Source: the human T2T-CHM13v2.0 reference genome, Homo sapiens | Direction: 5' to 3' (one strand) | Length of the DNA: 64,000 nt | Assembly: GCF_009914755.1 (NCBI RefSeq) | Contig: NC_060933.1 | Part shown: one piece after another, positions 48,294 to 62,810 of the stretch | Numbering within the stretch: position 1 is the first letter of the stretch | Layout of the letters: each line of letters begins with the position of its first letter | Notes under the pieces: generated by a model | Databases searched by the model: none | Told to the model about the DNA's origin: nothing | The model's input: only the letters and a program-made list of their open reading frames with translations | Translations under genes and position numbers: made by a program

Positions 48294-49692
48294 GGGTATG
48301 GATCATAATCCTGAAAGACGGATCCCAAATGTCACAATCCCAAACGCCGAAATCCTGAAAGCTCAAAATCCCTAAAGTCTAAATTCTAATGTCTAAAATC
48401 CTGAAAATCACAATTTCAAAAGATTAAAATCCTAAATGTGGAAATCCTGAAAGCCGAATTCCGAGTGATTTGTGTGTTTTCAGCAGTGCCCAGGCTAGCT
48501 GCATCATCTTGGAAACTAAGTATGGTGTCAGGAGGTGGCTATGGGTGCCAAGTTGACAATAGGTGGACTTGTGGACTTAATTTTATGTGTCACCTTGACT
48601 GGATGAAGGAGCTCCTAGCAACGTGGTAAAGGATTCTTTTGGGCGTGTCTGTGCAGGTGTCTCCAGAGGAGAGGGCTGTGAGTCTGAGAGGGTGGGTGGG
48701 GAAGCCCTGCCCTGCCCTCAGTGTTGGCACACCCTGTGTAATCAGCCAGGGTTCTGGAGAGAACCAATACAGAAGGCGAACTGGTCTCTCTCTGAGGGCT
48801 GGACAGGCTGTGCTTCTGCTGCTGTGGACATCAGAAATTTGATTTCATGAAAGGGCTTATCACAAGGCTGAGTGTGTGTGAGCACTGCATATGGACATGG
48901 AAAGTTTAAAACTTCCTCAGTAAATGACGAGATGTCCTATTTATGCAACTGCATTTGAGAAGGATAAAGTTTCTTGAGAGCTCAGCTCTCTGGATGACTA
49001 CATACGTGGTGCTGACCCATCTGGGTTTTTGGTCAATCCTGTCAAAAGACTCAGGTTGTGCTGAGGTGGGAGGATCCCTTGAGCCCAGGAGTTCAAGGCC
49101 AGCCTGGGCAACATTGCGAGACCCCGTCTCTGAAAAACAAAACAAAAAACAAAGGTAGGTGGTCTGTCATGGTATTTCAGATGACCACAGTTATAAAGCT
49201 GGGTTCCCACAATGACCAACCATAGTAATATGCATTTATATATTTCATTTTTAACCTATTTCTTTATGAAGATGGTTCATCTGCTCAAAACTGTAATACC
49301 CGTGTGATAGTTATTAGTGTACCTGAGTGTTTATGCTCAGTGTACCTGAGTTATTATGGCCAATTTTATTGTGTAAATTGGCCTACAAAGTGCTCTGTGG
49401 TGTTTTTAATATCTCAAAAAAATCCCCTTTTCTATATGTAAATAAACATCATTTAAATAATTAAACAATGTTTTTTTCCACAATTATATTTTTGGGATTT
49501 TGATATTTCAGCATTGTGATTTTCAGAATTTTAGACATTAGGGATTTCTGACCTTTCAGGGTTTTAACATTTGGGATTATGGCATTCAGGATTGTATCTT
49601 CTATGGCATTCAGGATTATATCTTCTATGGCATTCAGGATTATATCTTCTATGGCATTCAGGATTATATCTTTCAGGATTATGACCGGTTCC
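48294..49692 (+). mobile_element. Ricksha (MULE/MuDR) non-autonomous DNA transposon carrying an MLT2-like LTR fragment (~48575-48840) and an Alu monomer piece (49060-49153)
   Basis: Left end gggtatggatcataatcctgaaaga, right end tctttcaggattatgaccggttcc (long imperfect TIRs built of aaatcc repeats); degenerate 9-bp TSD ggaactacc / tgaactagt. Confidence 0.85.
49578..49673. repeat. Tandem repeat, 4 x 24 bp (tatggcattcaggattatatcttc), inside the right Ricksha TIR
   Basis: Units at 49578, 49602, 49626 and 49650. Confidence 0.95.
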
Positions 49693-49759
49693 TGAACTAG
49701 TTTGCCCCAGGGCTGCAGGGCTGGGCCTGAGGGAGGCCCAGAGGTCACCAGTCTGAGTG

Positions 49760-50120
49760 CTGGCTCCTCCAGGCCACAGGAATTTGTTTAGAATGCAAGG
49801 CTGATCCAAGCCGGGTCTATGAGAAGCCACCCCAGGGCTTGCCGGAGAGAAATGAGCCTCATTTCTGATGAAGCTGAAAAGGCAATGAAGTGGAAGCCCG
49901 GGGTTCCCTGGGGCCTGCACCCAAAGAGAGCGTAACTGAGAATGAAGTTCACGCCACGAGAGCAGAAAGATGGTGAGAGACATTGTCTGGGGCCCTGGTT
50001 CAAGCTGTGCCTGTAGCCAGCCTCAGGCACATGAATATGTATATATTCATGTATGTATGAATATATACACCTCTTCTCTTGCCTAGGCTGGGTTTCCTGC
50101 AACTGTTACCCAAAGGACAC
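49760..50120 (+). mobile_element. MLT1-like MaLR LTR fragment
   Basis: gagaatgaag...ccctggttcaagctgtgcctg...gggtttcctgcaactgttacccaaa. Confidence 0.5.
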
Positions 50121-51204
50121 ATCATATATCCAGTTTTTCCAGTGCCACTTGCTTCTAGAAAATGTGTGAACTTAAAACAACTATGAGTCCCTGAGCCACA
50201 ATCTCTTTCTCCTTCGAGGCCAGCTTCTCCCGTGGCCTTGCTTCTCTCTCTCTCACTTTGCCCATGCTGTTCGCTGAGCTTTGCTTCTGCCCAGTCGCCA
50301 GGAAGCTCCTCACTGGTGCCTGATGAAAACTGCAGCTGCCCCTCCAGGAAGCGAGCCCAACTGTTTCCCCAGCAGCCTGGAGCGGCTGGGAGCCATGAAA
50401 AGCCCATGAAAAGCCACGTCCTCCTTGCACATGTGCTTGATAATGACTTCCATTCACAACGTGCTGCAAAATAACAGCCACTAAAAAAAAAAAACATGCG
50501 AGATCGGGGAGTGTGTAAACACAGGGAGTGCAGGTGTCGCAGCGGCTTTCATCCCTGACGCTGTGAACACGCGGCCCCCCTTGCACCCCCGGTACTGCAA
50601 GGCCCAACGGCAACACCAAAACACGGCTGTCACGGCGGCTGGCGGTTCTGGATGCCGACGCCAGTAGAAAGGAAGCCGGTTTGGAAATCCCTGATAATTG
50701 AAGCTGCTTCATAAACAAGCCCCATTTGAAAGACTTTTAACCCAGCGTACCAAGACTGCTTGTCGTCATTCAAGGGAATGGCTTGTGAAAGGCTGGCAAG
50801 ATGTGACGCACAAGGACACCAAATGGGTGCTTGGAGCACGCTGCTGGGGACAGCCTCGCTGTGGAGGGCCCTGCTCCATGCTGGAAGCTTCTGATTATCC
50901 TGGCTCATTGCGCCCAATGTGAGGGCCAGGTGGCAGGGTGCAGGGGCAGCCCAGGCCACGCTGCTGAGAGCTACTGCTCTGTGCATGCCACCAGCCACTG
51001 GTTTTTTGTTTTCTGCTGTTTATTACAGAGCCAGGAAAGGGAGAAAGGTGAAAGCAAAGAATACTCAAAACAGGGTGTGCTGGGCAGACCCTCCTGGTGT
51101 GGGTGAGGGTAGTGGGTGCCTGGACTGGCCAGGGGCGGGCACTCTACCTGCCCCTGGGATTGCAGAACTTCAGGCTGGTGGATGCTTCCGGAAGGGAGGT
51201 GGAA

Positions 51205-51715
51205 GGTGTTTTGGGAGGCCTCTAATCCCTGCTCCAGGTGGGCACCCTGGATCAGCTGCCTCAGCACCTCCCCAGAGCTTATTAACGACACAGATCTCAA
51301 GCCCCACTGCCCACCCACTGGAGTCCATGTTTTAACAAGATCCTCAGTGATTTGTAGGCACATTAAGGTTGGAGAAGGGCCACTCTGACCCGTGCTTCCA
51401 AGATTTGTCTGGTGTTGAGAATTATCTGGAAGGCTTGCGTAAAATACAGATTGCAGGCACCCCTTCCCCCAAGAGCTACTGAACCAAAACCTCCAGGTGA
51501 GGGGCTGGGAGACCTGCATTCGTAAGTCAGAAGCTCGGGTGATGTTCATGCCCAGGCAGGTATGGGAGCCATGGCTCTAATCCATGGTCTCATCCTTGGC
51601 CGCACCCTGAAGCCAACAAGAGCTTTGAGCGTACTGAGGCCTGGGCACCACTCCCGGAGATTCTGGTATACTTGGTCCAGGGTGAGGCCTGAAAATGGGA
51701 TTTTTACAAGCTCCT
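51205..51715. mobile_element. Cluster of MER5-type hAT fragments
   Basis: Repeated motifs such as gaattatctggaaggcttgcgtaaaatacagattgcagg and ttttaacaag. Confidence 0.55.
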
Positions 51716-51717
51716 CA

Positions 51718-52369
<652 letters not shown>

Positions 52370-53117
52370 CTACTTAGTCTACTGGGTCCCAGAGAGCTGA
52401 GGGGTTCATACTCTGTCACTCTGAGCATTGGTGTCAGGTATCCAATGACAACTGGGATCCCCTGACCCACCCTGGTAACGCCCACTCTAGCCACACTGCC
52501 TGAGATTCTGTTTGAAGAACACAGGAAGCCTCCTTCCTCAATGACCTTGAAGCTCATCCCCTGCTTTCATCACTAGAAACTGAGGGTGAAATTTACTCTG
52601 GATCCATGGACGGATTGGGTAAGTTGAGAGATACGATGTACAATAACTGACTGCAAATATGATGCCCGGTTCTGCCCAGAGGCAGGGGCCTGACTGTGTT
52701 GGCTTCTTGATCTTAACCAATAAGCCTCCATGATTGCAAAACCCTACACAAAGCAATATGACATAACCACAGGGAGATACTACTTCACACTCAGTAGAAT
52801 GACTATTACACATTTAAAAAAAAAACCCATAAAGTAAGTGTTGGCTAGACTGTAGAGAGATTGGAGCTCTTGCACATTGCTGCTGGAAATATAGCATGGT
52901 GCACCTCCTGTGGAAAATGCTATGCTGGCTCCTCGAAAAATTAAACATAGACCCAGCAGTACCACTTCGGAGGATATAACCAAAAGAACCGAAAGCAGGG
53001 ACTTGAACAGATATTTGTACACCAGTGTTCTTAGCAGCATGATTCGCAACAGCCAAAAGGTGAAAACAACCCAACTGTTCATCAATAGATGAATGGATAA
53101 ACAAAATGTGGTCTATA

Positions 53118-53421
53118 CAGTCATGCGTTGCTTAATAACAGGGACACGTTCTGAGAAATGTGTTGTTTTGTGAACACCATGGAGTGCACTTACTCATACC
53201 TAGTTGGTATAGCCTACCACACAACTAGGCTGCAGTCCTGTACAGCATGTTACCGCACTGAATACTGTAGGCAATTATAATGCAATGGTAAGTACTTGTG
53301 TATCCACACATACCTAAACATAGAAAAGGCACAGTAAAAATAGGGTATCAGAATCTTATGGGACCACCATTGTATGTGTGGTCCGTCATTGACCAAAATG
53401 TCGTTATGCAGTGCATGACTG
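53118..53421. mobile_element. Tigger3 (Golem) non-autonomous Tc1/mariner-superfamily element
   Basis: TIRs cagtcatgc...gcatgactg flanked by TA on both sides. Confidence 0.88.
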
Positions 53422-53447
53422 TACATACGATGAAATACTATTCAGTC

Positions 53448-53768
<321 letters not shown>

Positions 53769-53777
53769 TAAAATTTG

Positions 53778-54117
<340 letters not shown>

Positions 54118-54589
54118 CTAAGTAAAATAAGACAGATACAAAAGGACAAACATTGTATGACTCCACTTTTTGAGGTCCCTAGGGTAGTCAAATTCATACA
54201 GACAGAAAGTAGAATGGGGCTTCCAGGGGCAGGGGGAAGGGGAAATTGGGAATTAGTGTTTTAATGAGTCTAGAGTTTCAGTTTGGGATGACAAAAAAGT
54301 TCTGGAGATGAGCGGTGGTGATGTTTGTACAACAATGTGAAGGTACTTAATGCTACTAAACTTACACTTAAAGATGGTCAAAATAGTAAACTTTATGTTA
54401 TATATATTTAACACACACACACACACAAACACAAGTAGTTAGTAGACATTACAATGAAGGCAACTGGGGGAGAGAAGTTCTCTGACCTTGAATAAACTTA
54501 CAATTTAATGAGGTTCTGAATACATGCATGTATACATATAAACAGATGGACAAAACAATGAACCATATGACAGTATTAATTCTACACAA

Positions 54590-55175
54590 ACTATAATGCA
54601 AATACTACATAAACTCTTTCAGAAAATAGAGGAAGGAATACTGATTTTATTCGTCAGCTTTTCCTTGATACCAAAAACCAGACAAAGACATTAAAACTAC
54701 AGACCAACATCCCTCATAAACACAAATGCAAAAATCCTCAGCAGAATATTAGGAAATTTAATTAATCTAGCATTACATAAAAAGAATAATACATCACAAC
54801 CAAGTGGGATTCAGCCTGTGAATGGAAAGCTAACATTCAAAAGTCAATCAATAAGTAATTGACTGTATCATTAGAAGAAAAAGTTTATAATCATCTCAAC
54901 AGATGTGGAAAAAGATCTGACAAAATTTTACACCAATTCCTAACAAAAACTCTCAGCAAACTAGAAATAGAAGGGAAAGTCCTCAACCCAATAAAGGGCA
55001 TTTACTTAAAAACTATAGTTAAGATCATACTTAATGCCCAAAGACTAAACACTTTCTCCCTAAAATTGAGAACAAGGCAAGAATGTCCACTCTCACTTCT
55101 ACTAGTCATCATCAAACTGTGAGTCCTGGATTGTACAATAAGACCAGAAAAGGATACAACAAGCAAATAAATTGA
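54590..55175 (+). mobile_element. L1 ORF2 reverse-transcriptase fossil
   Basis: ORF 54859..55122: DKILHQFLTKTLSKLEIEG...NTFSLKLRTRQECPLSLLL, similar to L1 RT (GTRQGCPLSPLL). Confidence 0.88.
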
Positions 55176-55285
55176 AAACACTCCACCTCTGAGTACCCTG
55201 GGTGTGGGCGGTCTGAGCACAGGTGCTGGGACAGCCTTGTGGGCGCTGAGTCCTTCATTCCTGGCATGTGCTAAGTGCTAAATAA

Positions 55286-55613
<328 letters not shown>

Positions 55614-56013
55614 TAAGTATCTTAACATGGGCAGTTTTCACATCTTCAAGTTTATTCCCAATGACTGTTCAACTCTTCTTTTTTTTTAATTTAAAAAAGT
55701 TTTAAAACCAAGTGCCTCCTTTTCTGTTGATCGGTACAATTTGATCACAATAAATATGTCCTTTATAGCTCAGGGTAAATTCAAACATTCATAAGAATGC
55801 AAATAATACTTTGTTCAGACCACAGTTTGCTGCTCTAATGAAACTATTGTCCATTTCTAGCTAGACTGGGATGGGAGGGGAAGTTCAGGGATGTTTCCCT
55901 TGGGCAACATCTCGTTTGAGGCAAGGATAGTTTCCAAAGGAAGTAATCCAGGAGATACACTTGGTCATTGGTGGACACTATTACAACAAACAACGCAGAA
56001 ATATGTTCATGAC

Positions 56014-56315
<302 letters not shown>

Positions 56316-56412
56316 TGACATATTGTTAATTTAAAAAATCAGGTTATATATCAGGTAATACTGTTTGATCCCACTAAAAAAATGTATAGAAAAGAAAAAG
56401 ACTGCAACATTA

Positions 56413-56779
<367 letters not shown>

Positions 56780-56869
56780 TTAAAAAACTTTTTACAACAT
56801 ATATGATTTTTGTAAAGAGAAATAAGCCAGAGTTGTTTTTGTTTTGTTTTGTTTTTTAAGTCAACTTCA

Positions 56870-57010
56870 AGCCAGGCACAGTGGCTCATGCCTATAATCC
56901 CAGCTACTTGGGAGGCTGAGGCAGGAGGGCTTCTTGAGGCCAGAAGTTTGAGGCCAGCCTGAGCAACACAGTGAGACCCTCTCACTAAAAACAATTAAAA
57001 TAAAATAAAA
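56870..57010 (+). mobile_element. Alu monomer (FLAM-like)
   Basis: Single arm; TSD aagtcaacttc. Confidence 0.88.
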
Positions 57011-57469
57011 AGTCAACTTCTACTAACATGGAAGTCAGGAAGAAAAGAGAAATGCTCTGTGTACCAACAGCAACAGCCCTGCCTTCTATAAACTAGGTCC
57101 AGGCCCCAAGGGGGAGGAAGGCAGGTTGATTGGGGGCGGGGGTGTTATAAAGTAGTGGCAGAACAAGGCCCTTACCTTGCGGGGCAAAGTACGCATTCTT
57201 GTTCTGTTCCCACACAGTGGCATGCTGGTAAACCAGCTTTTAGCAGTGAGGAGGGACGACCCCTGATTTGTAGCATTTGCCAATATCCCCATCTAGTAAA
57301 TTTCAAGCTGCCAACATGGCGTCCTTAAATGCGGAAGAGAAGTGCACATTCAGACCTCAGCAGCTGGTGCAGCCCAGTTCTAGCACGCCCCTGCCACAGC
57401 AGCCCTCTAAGGCGGAGCACGGATTACTGTTCCCATTTTACCAACACGGGTACTGGTCAGACAGCCACT

Positions 57470-57690
57470 TTTTATCAGGCACTGTGTTTAAAGCCAGGTG
57501 ATGTAAATGTCTGGTTTTATGTAATCCTCACAACACCCAAATGAGGTCTGGGTACTGGATTATGCTTACTTTTCACATCAGCAAACAAATGAGGCCTAGA
57601 AAGATCACATGCCTGCACAAGGTTATTTGGCTAAAAAGAGGCAGAGACTTGAACCCAGGACTGTCTGCTCCCAAGTTCGTGCCCATAACC
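57470..57690 (-). mobile_element. MIR
   Basis: taatcctcacaacacc...tgcctgcacaaggtt...agacttgaacccagg. Confidence 0.65.
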
Positions 57691-58899
57691 ACATGGGGGT
57701 ACCAGTTCTCTCCATCACGGAGCTCATCTTGCACTTAGTGGCCGTGTGTGGTGGGCTGAGTTACTTGCTTTGAGCCTTCTCCAGAGGTGTGAGACATGGA
57801 ATAGACATTTCTAGGGAGGTGAGAGGGAAGAAGTAAGGTTCCCGACTACGCAGTGGAATGAGCAGCTGGAATGGGTGGGACTTGGCTCTGGTCGGCTCCC
57901 CGTTTGGATTTGGGGATGATGAACAGAGACCTGTGCACCTCTGGCCTCCTCCAGTCTTAGAGCTGAGCACCCCCCCCGCCCCACTCTGGGGCTGCATCCC
58001 TCACCTGCACGGTGGGCCCAGGCGAGGAACCCACCCAGGCCTTGGAAAGTACAGTTGATGAACGGTCATCTTCATCTCCAGGGCTGCACTCCTCATCAGA
58101 TGCATTTGGCTCCTTCGTTGATGGATGGGGATGCAGAAGAGTTGACCAATCCTAGTGTCCAGAAGACTTCTTTGAGGTGGCATCTGGTGTGTTTGTCCTA
58201 CTCTCAGAAGATGGTGGGCCTGGGGGTCCTATCCCCAGTCAGGACCCTCGCTATCATCTGCCTGTTCCCAAGTGGCACCTGGCCACCCAGCCTTCCTGCC
58301 ACATGGTGGGAGTGCCTTTTCCCCCCATTTCCTGGGGGCACCCTGGGCAAGCTGAATCACCCACGGCAAGCCCAGCCAGTCTGTGCCAGGTCACGGCACC
58401 ATCTGCACCAGCAGCTCTCAGGTGCAGGTATGGGGCACAGGAGCACACTTTAAAAACTCTGGCCGAGTCTTTTTCCTGGTTCCAGGCAGGGCCTGTGTCC
58501 GAATCCCCCCGACACTGCTCCTTCATGCCTGTGCACACTTGGAAGTTAGCAGTCAGTGCAGACAAAGTTCCCGCATGCTCCTGGAAACCCACCATCTTCA
58601 CTGGGCACTGCACCACGCCTTCTACCTGGTACTCCGAGCTCTAACAAGCACTTAGCTTGACAGTGGGAACACTGATCAACACTGAAGTCGCTCTGTTTGG
58701 ACGCCAGTCAAGATCCATTGGTCAGCAACAGCCCCCCAAAAACAGCTGGGTTGGTGAACATTTCCTCCGTGTCCTGAGGTGTGGCCGATGCCAAGAGGCC
58801 CCACTCAGATCCCCCTTCCAGAAAGAGCTCAGCTGTAAGGGGTGGGTCACCGCAGCCTCCAACTGAAGCATCGTGAGGGTCTTGAGCCCTAGTTTTCGT

Positions 58900-59425
58900 T
58901 TTTGTTTTTGTTTTGACATCTTTACTGAGCTATAATTCACCCCTGTAATGAGTCTAATTCAATGGATTTAGTATATTCAGAGTTGTGCCATCATCAACAC
59001 AATCTAAGTATGGAACATTTTCATCACTCCAAAAGGCAACCCTGTACCCATGAACAGTCACTTCCCCTTCCCCAGCTCCCAGCCCTAAGCAAGCACTGAT
59101 GGACTTTCTGTCTCTACGGATTTTCCTATTCTGCACATTTCACAAGACATGGCTCTCCAAGTCTCCACCTAGGATAAAAAGAAAGAGGACTTCACAAGAT
59201 TGTCTTAAGGATTAAATGAGATGACCCATAGAAAGCACTTAACACATAATTACATAGAATATCCACGAGGGCCAATGTGCCAGGCTGCTTTCACTCAGCC
59301 TGATGTTTTCAAGGTTCATCCAGACTGTCGCATGGATCAGAACTTCATTCCTCGTGCAGCCAAACAGTGCTCCATTCTTTGGATCTATCACATTTTGTTT
59401 ATGCATCCACGAGTTGATGGACTTG
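58900..59425 (-). mobile_element. L1M 3' UTR fragments
   Basis: gagttgtgccatcatcaacacaatctaa...aacattttcatcactcc; tgttttcaaggttcatcc. Confidence 0.75.
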
Positions 59426-59427
59426 GA

Positions 59428-59730
59428 CTTTTTTTTTTTTTTTTTTTGAGAGAGATAGAGTCTCATTCTGTTGCTCAGGCTGGAGTGTAATGACACAATC
59501 ACAGCTCACTGCAGCTTCGACCTTCCGGGCTCAAGCGATCCTCCCACTTCAGCCTCCCTAACAGCTAGGACTACAGCACATGCCACTACTCCCAGCTAAT
59601 TTTTAAAAACATTTTTTGTAGAGACAGGGTCTCACCATATTGCCCAGGTTGGTCTTTTGGGCTCAAGTAATCCACCCACCGTGGCCTCCCAAAGTACTGG
59701 GATTACAGGCGTGAGCCACGGTGCTAGCCA
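59428..59730 (-). mobile_element. Alu (AluJ-like)
   Basis: Diverged dimer with poly-T. Confidence 0.9.
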
Positions 59731-60959
59731 ACCAATGGATTTTTAACCCAAGCTTTTGAACCAAGGTCACACTCTGGGGTGACCTTTGGCCAAAAACTAA
59801 GCATGACAGGGGTACCAGCACCTGGCATTTCTGCCCCTCGCAGCCCTCTGAGGGGCTGTGCCAGGTCTGCGTCATGATCCATGGCTCCTCACCCACCTTA
59901 CTTTGGGCTCTTTTCCTGGTACAGGTGTGCCTTCCCCATTAACTCCTCTTCACTCCTGACCCTGTCTCAGCATCTGCTTCCTGAGATTGCATCCTGACAA
60001 GACACTTAATATGTAATAACAACACAGAACCCACGTGGGCCCACACACCAGCACTCTTCTATTAGCCTCCGTGAGGCCACTTCATCCTCATCACAAGCTT
60101 GAGAGGCGGGGGTGTCATTAGAACAGATGAGGGAACCGAGGGACAGAGGAGTTCAGCAACCAATCCAAGTTCCCCCGCCAGAAGCGATGGAGCCACGACT
60201 CAACCCAGGTGAATTCTCCAGTGTCGGTGCCCTTGGTCACAGCACTCCATTGTGATTCCGCTGAAGGAACAAGGGGAGGAGGGGGGCCTGGCCTCCCACT
60301 GCTCAGCTCAAGCCACAAGCCCTGGCTGCGTATGTAGCTTTAGCTCCCCGGGGCTGTGCTGTGAGGCCCAGGTTCAGAGCCAGCTGCAGTCAATGTCATC
60401 TTTCTCCACCTGCAACAGATCAGCTGGAAGAGATTCGAGGCAGGAAACACAGCAGATGCTCTGCCATGGGGGCCCACCCACGTGCCTCTGCTCGCGACCT
60501 GACCTGCCGTCGGGCGGCCCCACAGGCACGGGTCTGAGAGCAGGGTGTGCAGATCCAGGATCCCTGGGTCACCTGGGGGACAAGTGCATCTCCTCGTCAC
60601 TGGTCACTGGAAACAGGGCAGTGGAGACACGGGTAGGTGTGCTAATTTTGAGGTTTCCTTTCTCAGAGTCAGTCTCCATCAGTGACAACTGCTGCTTTAA
60701 AATCTGTCTCTGGTGAAAAGTTACATAAGCACATTCCAGTGTTCCTCTGCCACAGCACTGTCGCTACCCACCGCCAGATTCCCCAGCCTTGACTTCTCTG
60801 CTATGTATGTACCTATCTATATAAACGTGCTGCAGAGAAACCTGTCTTTTAACCTTTTCTGCAGCTGGAGCTTTTCCATGAATCCCTCTGTCTACAAGTG
60901 TTTTACTTCTTGGTTTTAATTTTAATCCTTTGCCTTCCATTAATCAGCACCAAAACTGT

Positions 60960-61170
60960 TTTATTGATATTTCCTACCTGCCGGGCACTGGTAGTAAGCA
61001 CGTTACATGCACGTGCTATCTTATTTAATCCTCGTGAGAAGTACACGACCCCGGTACTGTGATCGTGCCCATTTCGAGGGTGCAAAGACTCGGGCTCTGA
61101 GAGGTGAAGTGTTGCCTCCAGGCTGGACTCCAGGGCCATCTGAATCTAGGACACTCCGTTGCTGCTCCAC
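60960..61170 (-). mobile_element. MIR
   Basis: tcttatttaatcctcgtgag...cccattt...ggctctgagaggtgaagt. Confidence 0.6.
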
Positions 61171-61819
61171 TAAGTTCTCAGATGTAAAATAATCGTGCTT
61201 TGTTCCCTGAAGTTGGCGGAGCCTTCCTGAAATCTCCAGTGAGGATCAGGAGAGGGACAGTGAACCTGCCGGAACTCAAGCCAGCTAGCGGGAGGGACGG
61301 GGGTTGACCCTGCTTATGTGCCCCCACTCTCCCGGTGTGCTAGACCCCACCTCAGACTCCTCTGTGTCCCCCGTTACGTAGGGGGTGTGCCGGCTCACAC
61401 CCTCCAGTGTGCCTCACTAAGGACACAGGGCACAGCTGCCTCTCAGGACTAAAGATAAATTCCACAGATTCCAAAAGACCCTTCGTCCCCAATCACAGCT
61501 GCCTTGCCTAAAGAATCCACCACCGTGGTTGTTAAACCCACACTTTAATTACTCCAAAATTATGTTAAATCCTTGCATAAATATTGCAGTGGCATCTTCT
61601 GAAGAATTTCATTACAGTAAGTTGGGTTGCTGCCAGAGCTCTCCACTAAAAAGTAACAGGAGAATAGACACGTGCCAAAAAAAAAAAAAAAGGATAGATG
61701 CTGTTTTCAAAATAAAAAGGCAAGGAGGTCATCCTCGGTCAGATCACGCAGGTGTCAAAGAGAAACGGTCTCATGATAGCAGAAATCTCCCATTTTACAG
61801 ACCGAAGGGGAAAAACATA

Positions 61820-62810
61820 CCCTTTAGCCCTCTAATCTAATAGGATTCACTTCTGGAAAAACCTAAATCTGATTAAATATTAATAACCAGTGGTATTAAT
61901 TAAGGGGGAAAAGTCCATCAAGAGAACCCCAATATGTTTACAGTGTCCCCAGGAAACTGGGAAAATTCACAATCAAGTGTGTAAATGTTCTAAGAAAGGG
62001 TCCTGAATATTTTATGAATATTTGTCATAAAACAGAAATAATAACCACTGTGCAGAGCTATTAGAATTAATATTTATGCTGCCCGCCATGAAATATTCAT
62101 GGGGACAGAGAAAGGGGGGCCGTAAGACAAGAATTAATTTACACTGGGCTCGGTTTACCCGCTGGCTTGATGTTTAAAGACGGTTGACAAGCCTCCATAT
62201 GAATCCGCCAGTCACTTCCCGCAGTCTGCGGAGTGGAGGGGGTGGAGACGGGTCCGGGCTGCTGACAGCTCACAGATTGAGTTTCTGACAGCCCTTAAAA
62301 AACCTAAACGGCCCCCACCTATTTCCCCTTCTTCCATTGCCCAAAGCGCTCTGTTCTGCCACCGTTCATCCGATCTCCCCTTCCATCTGCTGAAATTAAC
62401 GAATTAATGAGCGAGATACGCTTTACGGTGGGGCCTTATGAATGTTTACAGGCGATTAAATTATAATGCGGGGCGGCTGTATAATTCATGAACCAATTAA
62501 AGGAAGTGTTAGTTGATTTGATGGGATGAGGACGTACAAAATGCATTTAACTAATGGGGAACCGCGGGCTGCCCAGGGCCGGCTCCCTCTCTCGGATTAC
62601 GCGGCTAATTGCTCGACTTTACGGGGCTGTCACAGATAGCCATGCATATTTCATTGTTCTCAAATACTTCAATTGTGTGCGTCCGTGTCGCGGCTGTAAT
62701 GTGGAGAAGGCGGGCCAAACTTGGGTGTAGTTACAGTACCCGAGCTGGGCCCCGGCAGAAACCTGAGCTCCAGAGTCGGGTGTCTGGGCCATTAGGTGAT
62801 TAAAAAGGCT
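61820..62810. promoter_or_regulatory. Candidate conserved developmental enhancer (homeodomain-site cluster)
   Basis: Repeat-free, with many TAAT/ATTA cores and retained CpGs. Confidence 0.55.

Noticed and set aside
49564-49983. ORFs with repeated peptides (YNPECHRR, ILNAIEDI)
   Set aside because: These are translations of the 24-bp tandem repeat in a transposon TIR.
55892-55907. RFX X-box gtttcccttgggcaac in the AK8 intron
   Set aside because: The half-site spacing is longer than canonical and nothing else supports it.
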